NCBI GenBank assembly: GCA_041941765.1
Contig: CP145869.1
Coordinates: 180,001 to 212,000 of the forward strand
Direction of reading: 5' to 3'
DNA length: 32,000 nt
Origin: Candidatus Saccharimonadota bacterium
GTDB taxonomy: Bacteria > Pseudomonadota > Gammaproteobacteria > Enterobacterales > Enterobacteriaceae
The translations under genes and the position numbers were made by a program. Below, in pieces: positions 10,070-17,683 of the stretch. Numbering within the stretch: the first letter of the stretch is position 1; every line of letters starts with the position of its first letter. The notes beneath the pieces were generated by a model. The model made no database searches and had not been told where the DNA came from. It saw only the letters and a program-made list of their open reading frames with translations.

Positions 10070-12285
10070 ACTTGTTTTCCTAAATTTAATATTCCATTAG
10101 ATTTTTTAAGGTTTAATTTGACATTACAAGTTTTTCTATTATCTGATCTAATAATAGTAAGAACTTGAGGAGAGTTTTTTGGAATTCCTTCTAACCACAT
10201 TTGTCCATCCCAACCTAACCAAGTTACTCTTGATATTCCTTGAAGTTTCACTAAACTACCATTAGGTAAATAATTACCTTTTTCATCAACTATTTGGCAC
10301 AATAGTGCATGTAATTTATGAATATCAAATTCTATGAAATAACCACTATGTTTTTTAATAGGTAGTTTTTTGGTAGTTTCTGTTGCTATTACATCAGCTG
10401 GTAATTTCATAGGATCTATATCAAATTTTGATTGATACAATCCTGTAACAGTTGGAACTAGTAAAAAGCCAAACTTATTAGTTTTACCTACCAACTGATT
10501 TTCATAAAAAACTGGGATTTGATTATATCCTTTTGTAGAAATTAATGCAAAAGCATCATGAATAGGTTGAGTTACATAAATATGTTTGGCGATATTAACT
10601 ACTGAACCCTCAAACTCAATCCAAGTATTTTCATTCTTATATCGATGGCCAAAAAATCCAAATCGATTTTCAAAATATGGAGTTTTCCACCTCACATTAG
10701 CTTCATGATATTTTTCAGGTTGAGAAAGAATTACATTCCATCCTATTTCCCCATAATGATGGGTTAATATTTTATTACTCCAAATTTGATGGAAATTTAA
10801 ATACTTATTTTCATCCAGCTTGGATGAGAATGATGTATTACCCCAAACTTTTAGGGGTAAAGTGAACATAAATTGTGCATTAAAATTTTGAGGGTGATTA
10901 TTTTTACTTACAGAAGCCCATAAATTTATGCTTTTTGGTAATGTAATACTATAAGAAAGATTAATCAATCGGTTAGTCTTATCATAATTCCACGTATTTA
11001 TTAATCCTAAACTTAAATTTCCATAATGTCCAAAATTTATAGTACCAATAAGATTATTTTCCTGCTTATTAGATTCTTTTGAGAAGCGATTATAATTAAT
11101 AAAGCTATGCAAAGCACTTAAACTCAAATATGTATTATTATAATTATAACCAATAGTCATTTTTTGATTTATTGGAGTTAAAAACAATGATGATTTATTA
11201 TTCGGATGAAAGCACTTTTTAATATTATTTCCAATCCATGATAGATTCACAACTCCTAATGTCATAGGTTTAATAGTTGCACCAATTCCATATTTTAATA
11301 AATTTTGACTCCTTTCCATTTGAGCTTCTAAAGTAAGCCACGATTTTATTCCATGACTAATTATTCCACTACTTATTAAATGACGATAATTCATACCGAA
11401 TCTTTCACGTAATAGTCCTAATGAAAAACTAAAATTAGTTAATCCAGGCTTTAAAAGTTCACTTGTCACATAAAATGGTATAAAAAAAATTTTTTTTTCA
11501 TTTTTTGGAGATAAAATAACCATTTTGGCTTTACTCGAACCTTGTAAATTAGGAATAGTATTTAGTAAAATAAAAGGTCCCGGATTGATTTTTGTAGATA
11601 TCATTTTAGAATGATTAATATAAAGATTAATTCGACTTGGTTTATCTGTTTGTCCAAAAAATTTAGGTAATGGATATGTAATTATATCTGGATATAATGA
11701 AAAATTTCGAAAGAATTTTATTCCACCTATTCTTAGCGGAATAGATCCAAATAATGTGTCAGTAATACTATCTCCTAGAATATAACTGAGTAAATGTTTT
11801 TCATCATTTATTTCGAGATGAGTATCATAGCGTTTTATAGACGGTTTAGAAAGTTCATTACTCCAGCTACTTGTATTTGATAATACACCCCATTTACTAA
11901 ATATACGTAACTCTGACCAAAAGGTTAAAAAATTAACTGGATTAGAATATGAAAATAGTTGTTTACGAAAATAAATATTATAATTAAATAACCATCCAAA
12001 ATTACTTTGACTAGTTAGATTGTTTTTTAAAATATTATACTTTTTATTTAAAAATATTTTTTGGATTGGAAACCAAAAAAAGGGTACATTTATCAGTAAT
12101 TGTTGTGAATTAATATTATATTGAATATGTACATCTTTAATTTGATCTATAGCAATCCAATCGGATTTAGTGATCTTTTTTGGAAGAATAAGTCCAACAG
12201 ATTTTAATTCTTTTAATCTAATATAATAATGACTATGGTTAAAATTAACATAAATAATTTTTCCAGTTTCCATTCCATTAATCAC
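10060..12285 (-). CDS. Fimbrial outer-membrane usher (CsuD-like). The 5' boundary is uncertain: the frame stays open up to 12438.
   Basis: 741 aa from the track's GTG start. Its size, beta-rich Tyr/Gly/Asn composition and position after the chaperone fit an usher. The N-terminal ELVINGMETGKIIYV...LKELKSVGL pattern and a C-terminal domain with paired Cys (KTCNV...GKQVCQ) also fit. The in-frame upstream sequence KFIKLTLFTIVTIILLFLINFFVLGNQ is a signal peptide, so the real start should lie near 12417-12431 (see finding). Confidence 0.85.
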   Translation of the reverse strand: MINGMETGKIIYVNFNHSHYYIRLKELKSVGLILPKKITKSDWIAIDQIKDVHIQYNINSQQLLINVPFFWFPIQKIFLNKKYNILKNNLTSQSNFGWLFNYNIYFRKQLFSYSNPVNFLTFWSELRIFSKWGVLSNTSSWSNELSKPSIKRYDTHLEINDEKHLLSYILGDSITDTLFGSIPLRIGGIKFFRNFSLYPDIITYPLPKFFGQTDKPSRINLYINHSKMISTKINPGPFILLNTIPNLQGSSKAKMVILSPKNEKKIFFIPFYVTSELLKPGLTNFSFSLGLLRERFGMNYRHLISSGIISHGIKSWLTLEAQMERSQNLLKYGIGATIKPMTLGVVNLSWIGNNIKKCFHPNNKSSLFLTPINQKMTIGYNYNNTYLSLSALHSFINYNRFSKESNKQENNLIGTINFGHYGNLSLGLINTWNYDKTNRLINLSYSITLPKSINLWASVSKNNHPQNFNAQFMFTLPLKVWGNTSFSSKLDENKYLNFHQIWSNKILTHHYGEIGWNVILSQPEKYHEANVRWKTPYFENRFGFFGHRYKNENTWIEFEGSVVNIAKHIYVTQPIHDAFALISTKGYNQIPVFYENQLVGKTNKFGFLLVPTVTGLYQSKFDIDPMKLPADVIATETTKKLPIKKHSGYFIEFDIHKLHALLCQIVDEKGNYLPNGSLVKLQGISRVTWLGWDGQMWLEGIPKNSPQVLTIIRSDNRKTCNVKLNLKKSNGILNLGKQVCQ

Positions 12286-12438
12286 TAATTCTAGATAAAG
12301 CTGCTGATGATTATTCTTCTTAAGAAGAGATCTTACTTTTAATTGATTACCTAATACAAAGAAGTTTATTAAAAATAATAATATTATAGTTACAATAGTG
12401 AATAAAGTTAGTTTAATAAATTTATATCCATTTAAATA

Positions 12439-13248
12439 TTAATTTTCTGGAATTACTTTTTGAAATTCCAGATTATCGTTTACTTTAACCATTAAAGATA
12501 ATTGAGATAATCTTAATGGAAAAGGAGTGGAAAAAGATAATACGATTTCTGATTGAGGTAAAATATATTCAAGAAATCCATTATTTATTATATATGGAAT
12601 TTTTCCATTTAAAAATCTAATATCAGTGATTTTTGCATGAACTAATCCTTTATTATGAATGATTAATAATTTTTTTTCATTTTTAGTAATTATACGATAA
12701 GATAATATTGGTTTAATTATTGGTTTTAATTGGCTCAAATGTTGATAATCAATTTTTGTCCAAATATTCTTACTATTTATAAATAATGGTATTGAATAAC
12801 GCATTTTAAAATTTAAACCCCTTTGATTGTTTTTAGTTGGTTCTTCTATAAGAGGTTGAGGAATTTCATCAATAATTATCCTATAACTCCACTCGTGATC
12901 TTGCGGCGGATTTATAAGTTTTATTAATCGAATGAGTTGTTTTTTTTTCGGATAAATTTCTACCATTGGTGGACTAACAATGACTTCATGTTGTTCTAAA
13001 AGCTGATTATCATTATTAGTTTGTTTCCAACTAAAAACTCTGATTTGTACTAAAAGAGAATTATTATTATGATTTTCTAACCATAATGAAATAGCATTTT
13101 GATCAGCTTCAATTACTGGATCAAGTGGCCAAATTAAGATTGATGAATTATTGGTGGCTAATACAAATGAAGAATAACATATGATGAAATATGAGATAAT
13201 CACTCTTAATAAATTATAATATCTAGTTTTTGTTTTTTTTTTCGGCAT
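12439..13248 (-). CDS. Periplasmic pilus chaperone (CsuC-like, PapD superfamily)
   Basis: 269 aa. Signal peptide: YYNLLRVIISYFIICYSSFVLA/TNN. Motifs ILIWPLDPVIEA, LVQIRVFSWKQ, SYRIIIDEIP and FKMRYSIPLF match my recollection of A. baumannii CsuC and the general PapD-like two-domain layout. Confidence 0.85.
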   Translation of the reverse strand: MPKKKTKTRYYNLLRVIISYFIICYSSFVLATNNSSILIWPLDPVIEADQNAISLWLENHNNNSLLVQIRVFSWKQTNNDNQLLEQHEVIVSPPMVEIYPKKKQLIRLIKLINPPQDHEWSYRIIIDEIPQPLIEEPTKNNQRGLNFKMRYSIPLFINSKNIWTKIDYQHLSQLKPIIKPILSYRIITKNEKKLLIIHNKGLVHAKITDIRFLNGKIPYIINNGFLEYILPQSEIVLSFSTPFPLRLSQLSLMVKVNDNLEFQKVIPEN

Positions 13249-13266
13249 AATTTCAGTTATTAATAA

Positions 13267-13842
13267 TTAATAGCTAATAGTCACAGTAACTATATCTTCA
13301 TATTGACCCGATTCAGGTAAAAGATTAGAATTAAATAAACGTGCATAAATATAATATTGATTATTAATCATTCCTAATGTAATTACAGATTTACTCTTAC
13401 CACCATTTATATCATTTCCCCATATTATACTATGTGCAGCATCTTGAAATAATTGATAGCGTAAGATTTGATTTCCAAAAGTTTTTTTTAGTAATCGTCC
13501 CTGACTTATATTTCCAATAAGATTTTTTCCACTATCTAATGCTAAATTTACACTAACACCTGGAGTACATTTTAATCTTAATGATCCTAAATCATAATTA
13601 TAAATAGTATCTATAGGTTTTTGAAGAGAAGTAATATAACCAAAATTAATACTATTTAGATTAGTTGTTGAAACCTGATTGAATTCACAACCTTTAACAA
13701 TATTAGCAGAAATTTTAAAATTTCTACTTTTATTATTATAATTCTTCGGATTATCGGCTTGAAGATTAACTATAAATAGAGAATGTATGATTATAACAAT
13801 ACCTATTCTAAATAGAAAATATCTGCTGATGCCCATAAACAT
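13267..13842 (-). CDS. SCPU-domain minor pilin (CsuA/CsuB-like)
   Basis: 191 aa. Signal peptide ...IIIHSLFIVNLQA/DN. SCPU hallmarks: Cys pair VKGCEFN / LKCTPG, RYQLFQDAAHSIIWG, and terminal strand ESGQYEDIVTVTISY. Confidence 0.8.
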   Translation of the reverse strand: MFMGISRYFLFRIGIVIIIHSLFIVNLQADNPKNYNNKSRNFKISANIVKGCEFNQVSTTNLNSINFGYITSLQKPIDTIYNYDLGSLRLKCTPGVSVNLALDSGKNLIGNISQGRLLKKTFGNQILRYQLFQDAAHSIIWGNDINGGKSKSVITLGMINNQYYIYARLFNSNLLPESGQYEDIVTVTISY

Positions 13843-13940
13843 GAAAGAAGTCTAGTTTTTTAGAATTTATTAATAATATAAAAACATATAAAGATTTAAA
13901 AATCATCTCTTAGTTTATTTACCTACTTTAGGTTTAATTA

Positions 13941-14447
13941 TTACCAACTAACTGTAACAGTTACTGTGTCAGTATAAGTACCTGCTTTAACTGAAGGTTG
14001 TGCAGGTATACGTCCATAAATAATTAAAGAAGTTTCTTTTCCAGTTCCCATATCAGAGAATTTATTATTATCCCATAAAGTGGTATGATTGGCATCTTGA
14101 TATAAATCATATTTTATATAATCACCTTGTTCTCCTTTCATACGTCTTTGTTTTCCCTCCGCTTGTAGTCCATTATTTAGACTAATATGAAAAGTTAATC
14201 CTTTTGTACAATTTAATCCTATAGATCCGGCTTTTCCATCAGTTGATTTACCATCAATCACATTCTTAAGATTAGGATATTCTCCGAAATCTATCTTTCC
14301 AAAATGCATTAAAGTTCCTCGTGTTATTTCACAACCGTTACCGATAGTGATTCGTACGTCTAAATTATTTTCTATTTGTCCTCCTGCATAAACCTCAGCA
14401 GAAAAAAACATAATAATTGACATTATTATTGATAATACTTTTCTCAT
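13941..14447 (-). CDS. SCPU-domain major pilin (CsuA/B-like)
   Basis: 168 aa and first gene of the operon. Signal peptide MRKVLSIIMSIIMFFSAEVYA/GG. Cys pair GNGCEIT / LNCTKG, KYDLYQDANHTTLWD, and terminal strand KAGTYTDTVTVTVSW. The architecture matches Acinetobacter CsuA/B as I recall it. Confidence 0.82.
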   Translation of the reverse strand: MRKVLSIIMSIIMFFSAEVYAGGQIENNLDVRITIGNGCEITRGTLMHFGKIDFGEYPNLKNVIDGKSTDGKAGSIGLNCTKGLTFHISLNNGLQAEGKQRRMKGEQGDYIKYDLYQDANHTTLWDNNKFSDMGTGKETSLIIYGRIPAQPSVKAGTYTDTVTVTVSW

Positions 14448-14533
14448 TTTATTATTTTAGTTGTTAGATAAATCATAATCTTATAGATTATAAGTGTAAA
14501 ATAACTCAATGATTTGTCAATTTTCAGTACGAA

Positions 14534-15460
14534 TTATTTTTTAATTTGATTAATATTATTTGGATTATAAAAAGATGACATCATATAACGTAAAAATGGA
14601 TGATGAATATCTAAAATAATAAAAGTGTTATGAGAGTGAAAAATGTTTTTATAAGCGTGCAAAGTACGAATAAAACTATAAAAATTAATATCATTATTAA
14701 AATAAGTGGTAAATAATTTATTTACCAATAAATCAGTGTCTCCATGTATAATATATGCTTGTTTTTTAGCTTGAGCTATAATAGCTATTACTTTATAATC
14801 TGCAAGAGCACGAATTTTTTCAGCTTTTTCTTTACCTTGAGAACTATGAAAATTAGCATCTGCCTTTTGTTCTACACGCATTCTTTTATATATAGCATCT
14901 AATACTTCAGAAGGTAAATTAATTTTATTAATACGCACATCAATTATTTGAATACCTAAGAGATTATGTCTAATATCAATAATACTTTCATTTAATTGTT
15001 GACGTAAAATTGAAGTTACGATTTTTCGTGAATCAGTTACAATATCTTTTACATTTAAACGTCCTATTTCAGAACGAAGTCTATCACTAAAGGTTTTTCT
15101 AAGAAAATTTTCTATTTTCTCAATATGTCCTCCTGTACTAACATAGAAACGATTCAAATCAGTAATACGCCATTTTATATATGAATCTACAAAAATATCT
15201 TTTTTTTCTTGGGTTATAAATTTCTCATTTTTATTTTCCATTGTTTGAATACGAACATCAAAAATTTTTTCTTTTTCAATTAATGGATTTTTCAAATGTA
15301 ATCCAGGCAATAATATTCCTGAATTATTATTAATATTACGTACAATTTTACCAAAACGTAATAAAATCCCTCTTTGACCTTCTTGAATCACAAAAAAAGA
15401 TGAATAGAGTAATATGAAAAGTATTGTAAAAAATATAATTATTAAAATAGATTTACGCAT
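14534..15460 (-). CDS. hflC: FtsH-modulating SPFH protein HflC
   Basis: Colinear with E. coli HflC: MRKS..., VIQEGQRGILLRFGK, DSYIKWRITD, FSDRLRSEIGRLNVKDIVTDSR, INLPSEV. ATG start with AGGAAA 9 nt upstream. Confidence 0.93.
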   Translation of the reverse strand: MRKSILIIIFFTILFILLYSSFFVIQEGQRGILLRFGKIVRNINNNSGILLPGLHLKNPLIEKEKIFDVRIQTMENKNEKFITQEKKDIFVDSYIKWRITDLNRFYVSTGGHIEKIENFLRKTFSDRLRSEIGRLNVKDIVTDSRKIVTSILRQQLNESIIDIRHNLLGIQIIDVRINKINLPSEVLDAIYKRMRVEQKADANFHSSQGKEKAEKIRALADYKVIAIIAQAKKQAYIIHGDTDLLVNKLFTTYFNNDINFYSFIRTLHAYKNIFHSHNTFIILDIHHPFLRYMMSSFYNPNNINQIKK

Positions 15461-15587
15461 TAGTTTATTTCCTAACGAACACGTTTTGCATTAGTTTTAC
15501 ATTGATTCAATATAATATTACTAATATTAGGATTCTTCTGACAATGTTTCATATTCATGATAAATAAATTTCTATGGTTGATTATTA

Positions 15588-16628
15588 TCAATTCAATTGA
15601 TAGATATGGTTTTTCTTAGAAAAATTTTTTAAGGGTACAAATAAAAAAAGATTCTTATTATTAGAAGACATAATAACTATCTTATTAGTATGTATTAAAA
15701 TATCTTCCATAGTTTCAATATATAACCGTTCTTTAATAAATTCCGAAGCTTTTTTATATACAGGTAAAATCTTTGCAATTTGTATGATTTCTCCTTGAGC
15801 TTCTAATATAGTACGTGTTTTATAAGCATTAGCATTTATAATTATGTGTTGTGCTTTACCACGTGCTTGTGATTGTACTTGATTAGCATAAGATTCTGCT
15901 TCATGAACATATTGTTGTTCATTTTCTCGTGCAATAATTGCATCATAAAAAGCAGATTTTACCTCTTTAGGAGGACAAATAGTTGGCAAATTTACATCTA
16001 GCAATGTAATTCCCATATTATACTGATTAATAGTTTTTTTTAATTCATCTTTCATATCTTGACGAATAAGAGTATGACCTTTAGTCAAAATAGTATTTAT
16101 GTTAAATTTTCCAATTATATCACGTAAAACACTATTAGTAGCCTGTTTTAAGTTCATCTTAGGATTAGTAACTGAAAAAAGATAATTTCTTGGATTACTA
16201 ATACGATATTGTATATTCATTTCTACGTTAATTAAATTTTCATCAGAAGTTAATATTATTCCTGTAGTAACAATTTCACGTACAGCTTCTACATTGATAG
16301 GATATACTCTATCTATAAATTGTAATTTCCAATTTAAACCTGGAAGAACTATATTACTAAATTTGCCAAATCTAGTCACTACACCGCGATCAGATTCTTT
16401 AATAGTATAAAATCCACTTATCAACCAAAGTATTATCATAATAATGAATATTATTAAAATTACTGGGCAATATTTATTACGATTACCTATTATTAAATCA
16501 AATAAGTTTTTTAACTTATTCGATCTATTTTCATTATGATTAGTATTGATTGTATCATAAGGATTTTCATCTCCCCAAGGATTACCATATTTTTTGATAA
16601 TTTTTTCATAATATTGATATATATTCAT
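15588..16628 (-). CDS. hflK: FtsH-modulating SPFH protein HflK (shortened low-complexity N- and C-terminal tails)
   Basis: SGFYTIKESDRGVVTRFGKFS, PGLNWK, MGITLLDVN, ARENEQQYVHEAESYANQV and RLYIETME are all colinear with E. coli HflK. It is 346 aa against about 419 because the Gly/Ser-rich tails are missing. Confidence 0.93.
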   Translation of the reverse strand: MNIYQYYEKIIKKYGNPWGDENPYDTINTNHNENRSNKLKNLFDLIIGNRNKYCPVILIIFIIMIILWLISGFYTIKESDRGVVTRFGKFSNIVLPGLNWKLQFIDRVYPINVEAVREIVTTGIILTSDENLINVEMNIQYRISNPRNYLFSVTNPKMNLKQATNSVLRDIIGKFNINTILTKGHTLIRQDMKDELKKTINQYNMGITLLDVNLPTICPPKEVKSAFYDAIIARENEQQYVHEAESYANQVQSQARGKAQHIIINANAYKTRTILEAQGEIIQIAKILPVYKKASEFIKERLYIETMEDILIHTNKIVIMSSNNKNLFLFVPLKNFSKKNHIYQLN

Positions 16629-16729
16629 TTGTATTACACCACATATAACTCAACTTAATAATTCTTTATTAATTCAAGATTAGAAAATCTAACTTATTAT
16701 TATTTTTAATCTTCAGATAATAATAAGTA

Positions 16730-17683
16730 CTATGATTTTTTATCAAATAATTTCAGTAGATTTTCAGATGCTAAATTAAGATCCTCATTATTAAGCCAGT
16801 AAGTATTTTTCCATTTACGTAACCAAGTTAACTGATGTTTCGCTAAATGACGTGTTGCATAAATTGCTTGTTTTAACATTTCGTGATAATTAATATTTCC
16901 TTCTATATACGACCACATTTGACGATAACCAACACAACGAATAGAAGGCATATTATGATGTAAATCTCCTCTCAAAAATAATTTTTGAACCTCATTTTCA
17001 AAACCTTCCTGTATCATTTTAAGGAAACGTTGTTCAATTAAATGATATAATTTATATCGACATGAAGGATACAGTACAAATTGAATAATATCATATTCTA
17101 AGTCATTATTATTTTTAAATCTATTTAATGTAGTCAATGTCTTACCAGAAATTAAACAAACTTCTATTGCTCGTGATATTCTTTGTCGATCATTACAATT
17201 AATTCTGCAAGCTGCTATTGGATCTAATTGATATAATTGTTGGTGAAGATTTGGCCAACCTTGTTGAAGAGCTTGTTTGTAAATATATTGACGTATTATA
17301 TAATGGGATGTTGGTAAATATGATAGTCCTTCCATTAAGATTTTAAAATAAAGCATAGATCCACCTACTAATAAAGGTAGTCTACCCTGCTTAGTAATAT
17401 AATCCATTTTTTTTATAGCATCTTTTCTAAACTCCGCTACCGAATAAATTTCTGATGGATCACGAATATTTAATAAATGATGTGGAACTTTATCTAATTG
17501 TTGATATGTAGGTTTAGCAGTACCAATATTCATTTCTCTATAAACCATCGCGGAATCAACACTTATTATTTCTACTGGAAGAAATTTACTTAATTTTAGA
17601 GCTAATTCAGTTTTTCCTGATGCAGTGGGACCCATTAAACAAATTGCTTTAGGTACGTGATTTTTTTGATTATTTATTATCAT
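16730..17683 (-). CDS. miaA: tRNA dimethylallyltransferase
   Basis: P-loop LMGPTASGKT, DSAMVYREMNIGTAKP and VGGSMLYFK; 317 aa. The start ATG lies inside the last codons of mutL (14-nt overlap). Confidence 0.95.
   Translation of the reverse strand: MIINNQKNHVPKAICLMGPTASGKTELALKLSKFLPVEIISVDSAMVYREMNIGTAKPTYQQLDKVPHHLLNIRDPSEIYSVAEFRKDAIKKMDYITKQGRLPLLVGGSMLYFKILMEGLSYLPTSHYIIRQYIYKQALQQGWPNLHQQLYQLDPIAACRINCNDRQRISRAIEVCLISGKTLTTLNRFKNNNDLEYDIIQFVLYPSCRYKLYHLIEQRFLKMIQEGFENEVQKLFLRGDLHHNMPSIRCVGYRQMWSYIEGNINYHEMLKQAIYATRHLAKHQLTWLRKWKNTYWLNNEDLNLASENLLKLFDKKS

Noticed and set aside
12283-12285. GTG at 12285 as the true usher start (as in the ORF track)
   Set aside because: It would remove the obvious signal peptide encoded in frame just upstream. 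An outer-membrane usher needs Sec export, so the real start should be further 5' (see finding).
9091-14533. The pilus operon as a recently acquired genomic island or mobile element
   Set aside because: I saw no integrase, transposase, flanking tRNA, direct repeats or compositional contrast. The usher and minor genes are at least as AT-rich as core genes, which argues for long residence.
15461-15587. The 127-bp hflK-hflC gap as a hidden gene or RNA
   Set aside because: It contains only a 7-codon ATG ORF and no structure. It is best explained by erosion of the low-complexity HflK C-terminal tail, which is about 70 aa shorter than in E. coli.
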